IMG/VR virus record: IMGVR_UViG_3300020044_002336
Span: 1 to 36,828 of that record
Source of the DNA: a virus
Taxonomy: Duplodnaviria > Caudoviricetes
DNA length: 36,828 bases
Direction: 5' to 3' (one strand)
Shown: piece after piece, positions 6,583-17,808 of the stretch
Numbering within the stretch: position 1 is the stretch's first letter
How the letters are laid out: each line of letters opens with the position of its first letter
Program-made: the position numbers and the translations under genes
Notes under the pieces: generated by a model
Database searches by the model: none
Seen by the model: only the letters and a program-made list of their open reading frames with translations
What the model was told of the DNA's origin: nothing

Positions 6583-8838
6583 TTATTGTTGCCTCCACCA
6601 AGGGGTAGTGCTACTAGTAGTGCTAACCACACTAGGGGTAGTAGGTGTTTGTGTAGATGCATTAGTACCTCCAGTACGTGCAGCATTTATTTCTCTAGCT
6701 GCCGCTGCCCGTCTAGCCATTTCAGCCTCACTCCCTGCAGGGATAGCAGGGCCACCTTGAGTGGCTAAAGGATTACGTGGTGCTAGACTGTATGGCTCAC
6801 CACCTTGACGTATAACTCCTTCACGTACATTAGTTGCTCCCGGCTGTATTGGTGCTACCGGGGGCTGTGTAGGTGTCCCCACTTCCAATTGACGAGTGGG
6901 TGCTTGTGGTATAACAGTGTTAGCAATGTCTGTCCTTTTCAATAATGCGTTCTGCATACTGATAAGAGAGTTGACAGTGTTCAATGTTTTGTTCATATTA
7001 ATCACTGCTATAGGGTCTGCACCAGCAGGAGGAGTGACAACAATAGCACCGTTCTGCACAGTCATTGGCAATCCTTCTTGAATGTTATTCATGCTGTTCT
7101 TAAGAACAGTCATATAACTATTCGGATCATTACCATTCAACCATGTAGCAATACGTCCTGAAGTGTCTTTAATAAACATCTCTTTTGCTTTAGCATCAGC
7201 AGTGGGGAACATCCCTTCCCATGCACCAGTTGTTACAGCCCTTTGCAATGCACCAAAATTTGGCCCTTCAGGTACAAAGTTTTTACCAAGGATGATGATG
7301 TTAGTAATATCTGCAGCAGTTTGTGTATTACCACGTGTGAGTGCAGCAGCACCCTGTCCCATACTAAGTTGAGTGATTGCAGCAATCTGTCGTTTACCTT
7401 CTTCAGTGATCTTAGCAGCCTCATATGCAGCCCTATGTTCCAAAGAAGCATTTGTATTGAACATACCATCAGCAATCATAGAATGCCTACGAATATCTTC
7501 TGAGAAATTACCTTGGCGTGTCTTAAATTCATTGACAAATGCCAACACTGCACTGTTACCGGGATAGAGGCGTAACAATTCTTCCTGAGTAGCAGGGTCT
7601 TTAGCCATGTTAATTAGGTTGTCGCCCCAAGTTGTTCTTAAGGACATGTCACGTACTTGTTGAGATACAAGTAGAGTTTGAGCATTGACGTTACGTGCTG
7701 TAGCATCCATCTTCAATGTATTCAGCATATCATCAAAACTAGCAGTTGTAGGAGTGTTAGCAATCTCCTTATTTAGTTTCTCAATAGTAGCTGCAACAAT
7801 AGAAGAGTCTAGACTAGGATTGGCACGAAGCCTATCTGTAAGCATCACCCTAGCACCTTCAAGAGCATTGCGTTCAGCTTGCTTAGATTGTGTATAGGCA
7901 TTAGTGATGAGTGCTCTATGGGCTTCTGTAAGTTGCGGAAGAGGTTTACTTAGATCAAGTCCTTGAGCAAGTAGTGTTTGTTGTATACGTGTGTTTGCTT
8001 CTACACGTGCAGCTTGAGCACCAACATAAGCATTACTAAAGAATTGATTCATATCACCAGTGGTCATAGCTTTATTAGTCTGTTCAATAAGAGCATTAGA
8101 TTGAACAGCAGTAGCCATACGAACACCAGTATCTGTACGCTGTACTAGATGTTGGAAAATTTCTGCACTACTCTTCATGCCAAAATTATTACCTATACCA
8201 CTATCAAATATTTTCTTAGCATCTCCTTCAAGAAGGCGCATCATTGCTTTATGCCCTTCATCCTCTTTAGCTTTAGCAGTGAGTGCAGTTTCTACTGGGC
8301 GAACATCCCAATCACCACGACCAGTGTGTGAGTTGTACACCTTACGAATACGTTCTGCCAGCATTGGATTTTCAGCAATGAGGCGTTTCATATCAGAGGC
8401 AAGAAGAGTTTGTGCCTGAGATTGAGAGAGCATATTCTGTTGTACATTAGCTTGTATATTTTGTGCTTTAGCTACATACTGATTAAACGATTCGTTTGTA
8501 AGCTCTCCCATATCTTGAAACTGAGTTTGCAATTGATCTGTTGCCTCCCTACCAAGTCTAGGAGCAGCAGCAGCAGCCTCACCAACAAAACCAAATTCAG
8601 GAGTGTTTAGTTTATTAACAACATCTTGAACAGCAGTACGAGCATCTTGTTCCACTTTCATAGTGTAACCAGTCTCTGCAAGTTTAGCCAATGCGCCAAT
8701 GCCTTCAGCACGTTTAGCACCAGCAACTTCCATAGCTTTAGCCTGAGCACCATATGCAGCTTCCACCACTGCAGGGTTAGGTGCAGCAGGAGCATTCGCA
8801 TAGCCAAGGTCGGCTGTAAATCCCGGTAGTTTTGCCAT
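6583..8838 (-). CDS. Internal virion (ejection) protein, 751 aa
   Basis: Ala/Gln-rich helical protein at the end of a podoviral structural operon; call rests on position. Confidence 0.65.
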   Translation of the reverse strand: MAKLPGFTADLGYANAPAAPNPAVVEAAYGAQAKAMEVAGAKRAEGIGALAKLAETGYTMKVEQDARTAVQDVVNKLNTPEFGFVGEAAAAAPRLGREATDQLQTQFQDMGELTNESFNQYVAKAQNIQANVQQNMLSQSQAQTLLASDMKRLIAENPMLAERIRKVYNSHTGRGDWDVRPVETALTAKAKEDEGHKAMMRLLEGDAKKIFDSGIGNNFGMKSSAEIFQHLVQRTDTGVRMATAVQSNALIEQTNKAMTTGDMNQFFSNAYVGAQAARVEANTRIQQTLLAQGLDLSKPLPQLTEAHRALITNAYTQSKQAERNALEGARVMLTDRLRANPSLDSSIVAATIEKLNKEIANTPTTASFDDMLNTLKMDATARNVNAQTLLVSQQVRDMSLRTTWGDNLINMAKDPATQEELLRLYPGNSAVLAFVNEFKTRQGNFSEDIRRHSMIADGMFNTNASLEHRAAYEAAKITEEGKRQIAAITQLSMGQGAAALTRGNTQTAADITNIIILGKNFVPEGPNFGALQRAVTTGAWEGMFPTADAKAKEMFIKDTSGRIATWLNGNDPNSYMTVLKNSMNNIQEGLPMTVQNGAIVVTPPAGADPIAVINMNKTLNTVNSLISMQNALLKRTDIANTVIPQAPTRQLEVGTPTQPPVAPIQPGATNVREGVIRQGGEPYSLAPRNPLATQGGPAIPAGSEAEMARRAAAAREINAARTGGTNASTQTPTTPSVVSTTSSTTPWWRQQ

Positions 8839-11800
8839 TACTTATTTTCCTTTCCTTGAACATCCACAATAGCACCGCTACGTGTTGTTATAACATCTTT
8901 CAATACCCAGTTGCCACGCAAATATTCTGCTCTCATTTTAGTTTCAGCATCTCCAAATGGAGCAACAGCAGCAACACCTTTAGGTTTCTTTACAAGACTC
9001 CAGAAATAATCTCTTTCACCAGACGGTAGTGGAGAATGCAATGTAGTCATATAGTTTGTCAATGTTTTATAGCGTTCGCTATTACCATTAGCTGTAAGCT
9101 CTTTCAAAGACACCTCTTGCAAATCAATGTAGGTCTTAGCAAACTCTTGAACAGCCTTGCGACGTTCAGCAAGAGTGAGTTTAAGTTGCCAATAGTCTTG
9201 TTCCACACTGCTACCCAAACCAATTGCCTGTGCAATGATTTCAGGATTGGATAGTTTAACGATGGGTAGTTGTTCTTTATTAGGCAAACTCCCTTCATGT
9301 AGTTGAGCATAATAGGCCTTGGATACATTCCTCCAACTACTAAACACCTCTTTACCAACAGTGTTAAGTGCTTCAGCAAATGCTGTAGTAGATAGGTCTT
9401 TGCGTACAATAGGCTGTATTAATGCTTCCATAGCACCAAGACGAGAGGCACTACCGTAAGACGGCCCTAATGCCACTTCCCAAAAACTGCTATCACCAGC
9501 CATAATAGTACGTGCTAACTTATCATAATATTCAAACGTGCCCAACCTACTACCCACACCTAGTTTCAAATCCTGACCAGTAGAGAGTTGACTCACTTCA
9601 TTGATAAGGCCAGCAATCATACCTTGACTAAACACCAGCTTCTCATCGTCAGTTGATTTCCTACCCACAATCTTCTCATATCCACCAACCACTTCATCAG
9701 CAAGGGACATAAGACCATTACCTGCCATACCATAAGCAGCAATGTGGAAAGCAAGGATGGAAGAGGTTTCTCCCATAGTGAAGCCACGATAGGGTTTACC
9801 AGTAGCCCATGCAGTTGCACTACCAACCATGTTAGCTGCAAGTTTCAAGTTATATTGCAAGAATTGACCGGGGATGGATAGCACACCACGTTGATAGAAT
9901 GCTTGGTTAGCACGTGTCATATTCTGTGTCAAATCATCTTGCCTATTAATGATGTTCTTAAGAGCATCGTCTGTAGTCCATGCAGCACCGGGATTCTTAG
10001 CAATCCATTCGCGCCTAGCAACATCAAACGAGACAAGTCGTGCAAACTCTTCACCACGGTTGAAGAAGAAAGCACTCTTCTCACCAAGTTTAGCAGCAGT
10101 GCCCGTAAAGATGTTATAGCGACCAGTCTCTGCACTGTGCATAGACGTGGATACAATGTTGTCTATCAAACCACTCTTACGAATACTACGAACAGTGTCT
10201 ACAAACTCTTGAGTGTTAGACATACCTAGCATAGCCACATTCTGCAATGTTGCCACTTTAGACCATACAGCAGGGTTGTCACTCATCAATGCAATGCGTA
10301 ACAGTGGTGCAGTGTATGCTGCCTTAAGTCCATGAACAGGAGAGACAGCAATAGCATTAATAGCACCAGCACCTTGCACTATAAGTTGAGCAGGGTTGAA
10401 TGCTGCCAGCATTGTAAAGAAGTTGAAGCTACGAGCAAACTGTAGCGGGTCAGCGTTCCTAAGAGCATGTCCAGCAGTGACTAGTGGCTTTCCAATAGGT
10501 AGACCAGCTATTTTAGAATCCTCACTGAATGCATTAGTAAAGCGTACCAATGCACCCTCAATGAGTTTCTCATCGAGAGTTTTAACACCTAGTTGTGCCA
10601 AGATGTATTTGCGTTGGCTCTCTGCAAACTTAGAAACATTCTCACCACCAATGTATGTAGACAGTTGGATGGCAGGATCAGAAATTATGGCTAGCGGAGA
10701 CTTGCCACTAGTACGTAATGTTTCAGGGATGTATTGACTAAAACTATTCCACCATGTCTGCACCCACTTATCACGCCATTCATCAATGTTACGATGACGA
10801 GCAACATTACTTATCTCAGATTGAATGGCTTTGATAGGATCAAGAATATTATCTTTATTGCTATCAATAGAAAGAAGGCGCATACCCCTGCCATCGTTCT
10901 TAGCCAAATCATCATCCCATTGTGCTTTAGCTAAAGTGTCAATGTACGCATCATTAGTGCGGTCATAGTGAGTGTTAAAGCCAGTGTAACTATCCCACTC
11001 ACCTTTGTTAATAGCAGCAAGAACAGCATTAGAATCTTCCAAACGTCCTAACTTGCTTTCAATGAATGCAGCCGTAACACTACCGGGATTGGTACGATGG
11101 GCATTCAATACAGCTTCCATACCAGCTTTCCACTTGCCCATATCTTTACCACTATTGCTAGTACGCAAATGTAGCGTATCTGTAATAGTCTCGCCATTCA
11201 CCATACGTTGAATGTTCACACTACCAAAATAGTCTTGTGTGTAATAGTGACGGAAACTCCCTTTCCTATTAGGAATAGGATTGTACAAATTACCAAATGT
11301 AACATTAGTACCATCTGAAACAAACCGAGTGTGCTCTCCTTTACCAGTGATGGCAACAGGATTGGCTGTCTCAACAATACGCATACCAATGTGTTTTGTA
11401 ACATCAATAGTTTCCATCTTACCAGTGATGAGGTTGAATGCTCTCAATCCTTCATACTCAGCAGTGTTCACTACACGTGCAGGAGCAGTGTGTGTTGCAG
11501 CACCATCATTAATAAATCCTTGGGTGAAACCACGACGAGTAAGGTTTTCTTTAATGGTTTGATTCTTAATAGCCAAATCCAAATTGCTCACTGTACGATA
11601 GGTGTAATAGGCCATCTTCTCACGATCAGTGGTAAGGCCACGTGCATTCAGTTCAATGTCATTAAACTCTTTACTAAGAGTGTCGCCCTCTTCTAGCACA
11701 CTAACAACACGCTTATTCTCTTTGCGAGTCAACCCTTTAAATCCATCGTCCAAGAATTTCTTAAGAGCATTCTTGTCTTTAGCCTCTTGCAACAATGTAA

Positions 11801-14800
11801 TTGTGCGATCATGCACAGATAGTTCTGAAGCACGATGGATGGGGTCTAAGCCAGCACCAAATCTACTTTCAATATCTGTAGTGGTGTGTACCATAGGTGA
11901 TCCAGCATGACGTACATACCAGCCATTAGTGATTGCCATACGAGAGGCATACTCTGCAGCGTCAGTAGCAAGTGCCATATTGTCTATACGTTGTGCATAC
12001 GACAACTCTCCAACCATGTTGAAGAAGTCTGCATTCAAACGAATAAATGCACTAGCAGAAGATAGTCCTAGCATGTCTGCAATGAATTCAGAAATGTGGT
12101 TTAGTACAGTCTTGCCGCCTACTTTATAAGTGGACAAGACATTGTGAATGATTCCACGTTCTGTCAGACCATATGCAAGTAGTTCATGCGGATCAAGCAA
12201 CATGGCTTCTACTTTGTATGCTTCGCCAGTGTTTGCTGTAGCATCAACAAGCCGCTGCATTAGGTTCTTATCTTTAGACATAGCTATAACATCTTCAGCA
12301 GCTTTAATCTGTTTAGCAGTGAGGCCGAGTAGTTGAGCAGTACCCGATTGAACAGCTTCCAATATTACAGTGGAAACAGAGTGTGCAATTTCGTGCAGCA
12401 CTAGTGTTTCATTACCTACATACCCTCTATCAAAGAATATTTCATCTACATGAGAGGTGTAAGTCCCTGCATCACGCATACCAGTTTTAACACCAAACTT
12501 AATCTTATTTAGTTGTAGTTGTTCTGAAAGACGCAATAGGTTGCCAGCAAGAATGCGGTTGGCATCATCTACAGAAGATGTACGAATAGCGGTTAACAGC
12601 TTATTAGCAACACCAGTGAGCATACTCTTGCCATCAATGCGTTGCCCTGCCTTAATCAAACCCTGCTGTGCTTCTGCAAGAGCAGCATTAGGAGTGAACA
12701 CTCCATCAACACTCTTATACAAAGTCTCTTTAAATCCTAGTGCATCAAGAGCAGTCCTATCTCCTTTCATAGCTTGACTATATGCAGCCATAGTCACATC
12801 TTCAGGAGAGGTGTACAGACGACGAGAGACAATCTTTGCATCTTTAGCAGAGAAGATGTTTGCTTGTGGTTGTCCCACTGAAGGATTGAATTTGGTGTTC
12901 ATTATCCCTTTAACACCAGCGTTCTTAAGAACATCTTGTCCCAAATCTGCCATAGCAGTTACATCTGACACTCCCAAACTCTTAGCAGCATTCTGTATGA
13001 ATTGAGATTGCTGTGCCATAGGCAGAGATACATCAATCAGTTGACTCTTACCAACAGTGATGCTTTTTAGAGATGTACCTACTTTCTGTACAGCGCCACG
13101 AATGCTTTCAGCGTTGTCTAGCCATACATACACTCCCTTGCCATAAGCACCAACACCACTCTCTTTGAAAGAGGTAAAGTTTTTATCTGTGGAGTGATAG
13201 CCAACAAGTACATCGTCCATCATTCCATAAGTAGTAGTCTTACCTGTAGCACCATCTGTAGCTGCAGAAACATCCATCTTAAGACCAGTGGATGCTTCCA
13301 AACTCTTCGCATAGGCTTCTGCTTCTGCACGTGTCTTGAATGGAGTGCCACTAGGATGTTGAATGAGTAGTTCGCCATTGTCTAGGTTTGCACCAACAAT
13401 GTTAGGAGAGGTTTTCTCAGCATTATTACGAATAAAGTCAAGCACTGCTTTTGCTTGTGGATCATCAGATACACGTATACGTTGTTCAAGAGTTTCTAGT
13501 GTAGCCTTAAGACTATCTTCTAAACTCCTTTGAACAGCAGCAGAAGTCCCTGCCACACCATCGGGCATATATTTGCTAATGTCCATTGATAAACCAAATC
13601 CCACTTGGTCTGCAGCATTTTCTACAATGCGGTTTGTACCATTAACAATATCAGCACCAATAGCTGTGCCAATAGCAGGAGCACCAGCAAGTTGCGATCC
13701 AGTTTTGGCTACATTAAATGCCTTACCCATAAGACGTAGTACACCGGCACTATCAAATCCTAAACCAACACGGTCAAGAAACTCTTGTGTCTTTAGTGAT
13801 AAAGAGAGTTTGCTCCACTCATCCACATCGAAATTATCATACAAGCGCATAACGTTAAGAGCAGTGAACACCTTACCCACTTCACCGGGAAGTTGTTCTT
13901 TACTGGCAATGTAGTCTGCTACAGCTACTAATTGATTAAGTGCCTCTTGAGGAGGCAATGAAGATAGACGTATTCTAAATGCTTGTATTTGAGTAGCATA
14001 TCCAACAGTGTCTCTAGGAATACCTGTAACTTTAAATATAGCATCAGGCACTGTAACAAAAGCATCATACGAGAATTTAGCACCAACAGCAGTACCAGCA
14101 ATAACACCAGCAAGAGGATTGGCAAAAGCAGCAGCTATAGGGCCACCAATAGCAGCACCTAATGTTCCTAAGAACATAGCTTGGCTAGGAGCAATACCTT
14201 TCTTAACTAAGTATTGATCCATAATCTCTTTAACACCATTCAAACTTCCTACATCATTTGATACGTTGTATATTTTAGTAACACTATTATTTTCTGTAGC
14301 CGTAGGATTAGCAGTGATGATGTTTACAGCAGCATCACGTGTAATTTTAGTAATTGCCTTCTCTTGCATCAAACTCTTAACATGAGCACTGAGAGTGTCA
14401 ATGTATAATGCTTGTTGTTCAGCAGCTACTACATTCCCTCTAGATGCAGCAATGTTAAAATCTTGTTTAGCAGTGTTAATATCTTTAACATAAGATGCAG
14501 CAGCATAGTCACGAATGACTTTGCTACTATAACCACCATCTGCCATCAAGTTCTTGAGAGCATTATCATATGTCAATGTTCCTTCAGAGGCTTGCTCTAA
14601 AGAGTGTGCCATTGTATTCACATTCTGTATAGGAGTGTCTACAGTGGTAGCAGAAGTTGTCTCTAGTGTGCGAAGATGATCGTCAACACTAGGTACAGTA
14701 GAGGAGGCATTTACCTCATCTAGAATGGTTGGCCCTACAGGAAGAGGAACACCTACCACCTCCTCTTGTGCAGGAATTGGAGAGGTGATTACATTTTCCA

Positions 14801-14801
14801 T
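8838..14801 (-). CDS. Large internal virion/polyvalent protein with ART-like and zincin metallopeptidase-like domains, 1987 aa
   Basis: Size and position; YHST..F..F...GAYGKGVY (~13215-12830); LHEIAH (~12390) with downstream HELLAYG. Confidence 0.75.
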   Translation of the reverse strand: MENVITSPIPAQEEVVGVPLPVGPTILDEVNASSTVPSVDDHLRTLETTSATTVDTPIQNVNTMAHSLEQASEGTLTYDNALKNLMADGGYSSKVIRDYAAASYVKDINTAKQDFNIAASRGNVVAAEQQALYIDTLSAHVKSLMQEKAITKITRDAAVNIITANPTATENNSVTKIYNVSNDVGSLNGVKEIMDQYLVKKGIAPSQAMFLGTLGAAIGGPIAAAFANPLAGVIAGTAVGAKFSYDAFVTVPDAIFKVTGIPRDTVGYATQIQAFRIRLSSLPPQEALNQLVAVADYIASKEQLPGEVGKVFTALNVMRLYDNFDVDEWSKLSLSLKTQEFLDRVGLGFDSAGVLRLMGKAFNVAKTGSQLAGAPAIGTAIGADIVNGTNRIVENAADQVGFGLSMDISKYMPDGVAGTSAAVQRSLEDSLKATLETLEQRIRVSDDPQAKAVLDFIRNNAEKTSPNIVGANLDNGELLIQHPSGTPFKTRAEAEAYAKSLEASTGLKMDVSAATDGATGKTTTYGMMDDVLVGYHSTDKNFTSFKESGVGAYGKGVYVWLDNAESIRGAVQKVGTSLKSITVGKSQLIDVSLPMAQQSQFIQNAAKSLGVSDVTAMADLGQDVLKNAGVKGIMNTKFNPSVGQPQANIFSAKDAKIVSRRLYTSPEDVTMAAYSQAMKGDRTALDALGFKETLYKSVDGVFTPNAALAEAQQGLIKAGQRIDGKSMLTGVANKLLTAIRTSSVDDANRILAGNLLRLSEQLQLNKIKFGVKTGMRDAGTYTSHVDEIFFDRGYVGNETLVLHEIAHSVSTVILEAVQSGTAQLLGLTAKQIKAAEDVIAMSKDKNLMQRLVDATANTGEAYKVEAMLLDPHELLAYGLTERGIIHNVLSTYKVGGKTVLNHISEFIADMLGLSSASAFIRLNADFFNMVGELSYAQRIDNMALATDAAEYASRMAITNGWYVRHAGSPMVHTTTDIESRFGAGLDPIHRASELSVHDRTITLLQEAKDKNALKKFLDDGFKGLTRKENKRVVSVLEEGDTLSKEFNDIELNARGLTTDREKMAYYTYRTVSNLDLAIKNQTIKENLTRRGFTQGFINDGAATHTAPARVVNTAEYEGLRAFNLITGKMETIDVTKHIGMRIVETANPVAITGKGEHTRFVSDGTNVTFGNLYNPIPNRKGSFRHYYTQDYFGSVNIQRMVNGETITDTLHLRTSNSGKDMGKWKAGMEAVLNAHRTNPGSVTAAFIESKLGRLEDSNAVLAAINKGEWDSYTGFNTHYDRTNDAYIDTLAKAQWDDDLAKNDGRGMRLLSIDSNKDNILDPIKAIQSEISNVARHRNIDEWRDKWVQTWWNSFSQYIPETLRTSGKSPLAIISDPAIQLSTYIGGENVSKFAESQRKYILAQLGVKTLDEKLIEGALVRFTNAFSEDSKIAGLPIGKPLVTAGHALRNADPLQFARSFNFFTMLAAFNPAQLIVQGAGAINAIAVSPVHGLKAAYTAPLLRIALMSDNPAVWSKVATLQNVAMLGMSNTQEFVDTVRSIRKSGLIDNIVSTSMHSAETGRYNIFTGTAAKLGEKSAFFFNRGEEFARLVSFDVARREWIAKNPGAAWTTDDALKNIINRQDDLTQNMTRANQAFYQRGVLSIPGQFLQYNLKLAANMVGSATAWATGKPYRGFTMGETSSILAFHIAAYGMAGNGLMSLADEVVGGYEKIVGRKSTDDEKLVFSQGMIAGLINEVSQLSTGQDLKLGVGSRLGTFEYYDKLARTIMAGDSSFWEVALGPSYGSASRLGAMEALIQPIVRKDLSTTAFAEALNTVGKEVFSSWRNVSKAYYAQLHEGSLPNKEQLPIVKLSNPEIIAQAIGLGSSVEQDYWQLKLTLAERRKAVQEFAKTYIDLQEVSLKELTANGNSERYKTLTNYMTTLHSPLPSGERDYFWSLVKKPKGVAAVAPFGDAETKMRAEYLRGNWVLKDVITTRSGAIVDVQGKENK

Positions 14802-15310
14802 TAACCGAATGCCTTAATAACAGGATTGAAAATACTCTTCTCTCCAGTGCCACCACCTGCACTGAAAATAGTACCTCCCATATTCATCATTTGTGTTGCC
14901 GATTGATAGTCAATGCCAGCTTGAGTAGCAGCCAAGTTTGCTTGTCCTGCCGCTTCTGCAGCCTTCATAGAAGCTGTCTGTGTGTCTGCAACATTGGACA
15001 TATACGACACATTACTAGCAAGTTGAGCACCAGTGCTAGATACACCCCCAGAAACACCACTACTTCCACTTGTACCAGTAGTTGCACCACGTGCAATAAT
15101 ACCAGCAGAAGTAGCATATTGTTGGCGAATAGCAGCACGTACACTACGCACGTTCTCAATGTCAGCACGTTGCTTTTGTGCAGCAAGTTCTTGCCGACGA
15201 GCATTAGCTGCCTCTTCAGCAGCTTTACGTTGTTCATCTCTAGCATCTTGTTGCTTCGTAAATCCTACAACACTCATCACTGCACCAATTACTTGTGCTG
15301 CCTGTCCCAT
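14801..15310 (-). CDS. Small internal virion protein (T7 gp14-like position)
   Basis: Hydrophobic Gly/Ala N-terminus, coiled coil, A.G..GSS motif; follows the GNAT-like gene. Confidence 0.65.
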   Translation of the reverse strand: MGQAAQVIGAVMSVVGFTKQQDARDEQRKAAEEAANARRQELAAQKQRADIENVRSVRAAIRQQYATSAGIIARGATTGTSGSSGVSGGVSSTGAQLASNVSYMSNVADTQTASMKAAEAAGQANLAATQAGIDYQSATQMMNMGGTIFSAGGGTGEKSIFNPVIKAFG

Positions 15311-15311
15311 A

Positions 15312-15614
15312 TTATTCTCCTATCTCTCTTACTAAAAACACTTGACTTTTTTCTGTAGCCAAATATTTAAAAGAAAACATTTTAGCAAACTTTAAAAGTT
15401 TTGTATTAGTAGGGTCTACCATTACAAACACTTGTTTAACACCATTATTAGAAAATGTTTTAAGCACTGCATCAAACCATTTCCTATATTGTTTTAAGCA
15501 CTCTTTAGTCCACACATATATTTCAGCATGAATGAACATTGCACCATAATCTGTGTGCTCACATTCTAAATGTCCAAACTCATTCTTTATAATGGTGTGC
15601 TTAACTACTTCCAT
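15312..15614 (-). CDS. GNAT-fold acetyltransferase-like protein
   Basis: VFVMVDPTNTKLLKFAKMFSFK resembles GNAT motif B; usual position between nozzle and internal virion genes. Confidence 0.6.
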   Translation of the reverse strand: MEVVKHTIIKNEFGHLECEHTDYGAMFIHAEIYVWTKECLKQYRKWFDAVLKTFSNNGVKQVFVMVDPTNTKLLKFAKMFSFKYLATEKSQVFLVREIGE

Positions 15615-17808
15615 ATAACAAATTGCTCCAACCTAATATACGCATGTCATAATCTTCATGTGCAATGAATTTAAGTTGTAATGCTCTTCCTCTACCACGT
15701 ATTTTATTACGAGTGATTACGACAGGGTAGCCATCATCAAAGTCAGTGGTGGAAGGAATATACATACGTGTATGTCTATACACCTCTTGTCCTGCATCCC
15801 ACTTATTAGCATTAGCACTGTCTGTAAAATCCCAACGAGTTTGCATTGTGCAACTACTGCTATTCAGATCGTTATAAGAGGCATCAAATCCAGTCTCTGT
15901 CCGTTCCATATAGATAGTGATGTATTGTGACTGCTTCCTCTTACTAGGCCCATTAGGAGCAAAATTGTAACCAGTGAGTAGATAGCTACTATAAGTCACT
16001 CCTGTGGAGTTATAGTTGTACCAGTCGCGCCATTTGCTAGGAGCATTACGTTCATTGAGAAAATCTGAAAAAGTTATTTCATAATTGCTGCCACTAGGAA
16101 CAAGTGTTTGAAACTTCCATTGCTTACTCCCTGCAACATTTGAAACTATTGTGGCAGTGACTTGATTGCTACTAGAATCAATAACATTATTACTAGATGC
16201 ATCAATCACTGTAAATGTATTGGATTGGTTGAGTGTTTCTTTACTCACTACAACATCCAATATTACTGGGAGAGATTGACTGTCACTAAATGACAATGTA
16301 TAGAAAGAATTCAACCTCACATCTAATGCAAGGATGTTTGTTTTCTGATAGGGAAAAGTATCATCATCAGTATCTAGGTTTCTATTATAAAGCCAATACA
16401 CCACCTTATCCGCAGCATTATATGCTCCTGTAGCAAATTGTTTTGCTAAAGAAGGAATGGTAGAATAGAGTGATTTAATATTTAGGTCAGTGATAGAAAC
16501 TACTTGAAGAGCGCCAACATTGTCTTTACCAATGCTGCATACTCCAGAATACCCCCAAAACAAAATACTCTCCTCTACGTCAACAACACTTTGCTGTCCA
16601 GCACAACCAAGACTACTCACCTTCTTCACTTCATAGCCAGTGGCGCTAAAACCAATATTAGAAGTACCAGTGATTGTCCACACACCATTTGTAGCTAAAA
16701 CAACAACACCATTATCAGTGTTAAGAATATCTACAATTTCACCACAATCTTGAATAGGAATAACACCACCATCACTATCCACAAGATCACTTAACACTTC
16801 TGAAGTGGGGTCAGCATTTTGATAACACAATCCATATTTACTTGTATCTACAGCTACTTGACTAAAAAATACAGTGCTACCATAAGTGGTAGATTCAATA
16901 CCAGCAAAGAATGCTCTACCAGCAAAGAATGTACACACTTTAGGACGAGTTGTTTCTTTTACTATAGCAAGACCAGTAATACCACTAGCAGTAGCCCTAT
17001 CTTGGTTAAACGCATCTAGAATGTAACGTCCACGTGGAGCACGTGATGTTCCAAAATCTTGTTTGTTCAATAGTGCTGCATCAAAATTGTCACTGCTATC
17101 TTTACCATATATCCAACTTTGAGCATTAGAAGGATAGGTACTTGTACCACTATTAGCATACCAAGCATTTATTTTAGGAGTGTCCCATCCTTGATTAAAC
17201 AAATTATATTTATGAGCGTCTGTCAATGTAGTGGGTTTAAAATCCACTGCATAACCATCACTTACACCATCAAAGTCACGTATTTTAATAGTAACAGCAC
17301 TCACTGAAATAGAATCAGTGGAAGCTGTGTACGACACTATAATGGGTTCAATATCACGGCAAGTGATTAGCAATCGTCCTTGAGCACTAATACATTTAAT
17401 AGGTGCAGTACCAATGGTATTAGTGTTGCCACTAGACAAATAGGTGTTTAAGTCAATTGTAAAACTCTTGACGTTTAGAGATGGCGAGACTGGAGTGTCA
17501 GGATAGAAATAAATATATCTACCAACTTGAGAAACAATGAAGTTTAAATCACCATCACCAGCAATAGCAGTCCATTTACCACTAGTAAACGCCCATGTAT
17601 TACGTTGAGCAGAGGTAATGGAACGGGAGGTGAGTGCCCAATCAGTTTCCAAGTCTACAGCACGACGTTTACCAATCTTTCCACTAATATAGGGAATTAG
17701 ATTATCCCCATCTTTCCAAGTGTTCTTAGGAAAAGTAAAATAGCTAGCCTCTGTATTAAGGCCAGCTACAAAAGTAAACTGTTCATCTTGTCCAGCTTGT
17801 ACACTCAT
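15601..17808 (-). CDS. Tail tubular protein B / nozzle
   Basis: 735 aa beta-rich; FVAGLNTE, FFAGRAFFAG, KIRGRGRALQLKF; podoviral position. Confidence 0.8.
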   Translation of the reverse strand: MSVQAGQDEQFTFVAGLNTEASYFTFPKNTWKDGDNLIPYISGKIGKRRAVDLETDWALTSRSITSAQRNTWAFTSGKWTAIAGDGDLNFIVSQVGRYIYFYPDTPVSPSLNVKSFTIDLNTYLSSGNTNTIGTAPIKCISAQGRLLITCRDIEPIIVSYTASTDSISVSAVTIKIRDFDGVSDGYAVDFKPTTLTDAHKYNLFNQGWDTPKINAWYANSGTSTYPSNAQSWIYGKDSSDNFDAALLNKQDFGTSRAPRGRYILDAFNQDRATASGITGLAIVKETTRPKVCTFFAGRAFFAGIESTTYGSTVFFSQVAVDTSKYGLCYQNADPTSEVLSDLVDSDGGVIPIQDCGEIVDILNTDNGVVVLATNGVWTITGTSNIGFSATGYEVKKVSSLGCAGQQSVVDVEESILFWGYSGVCSIGKDNVGALQVVSITDLNIKSLYSTIPSLAKQFATGAYNAADKVVYWLYNRNLDTDDDTFPYQKTNILALDVRLNSFYTLSFSDSQSLPVILDVVVSKETLNQSNTFTVIDASSNNVIDSSSNQVTATIVSNVAGSKQWKFQTLVPSGSNYEITFSDFLNERNAPSKWRDWYNYNSTGVTYSSYLLTGYNFAPNGPSKRKQSQYITIYMERTETGFDASYNDLNSSSCTMQTRWDFTDSANANKWDAGQEVYRHTRMYIPSTTDFDDGYPVVITRNKIRGRGRALQLKFIAHEDYDMRILGWSNLLYGSS

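Noticed and set aside
6582-6686. Signal-peptide-like N-terminal extension of the SLT ORF
   Set aside because: It lies within the 3' end of the 751-aa gene in another frame. A GGAGG SD supports the start at 6581.
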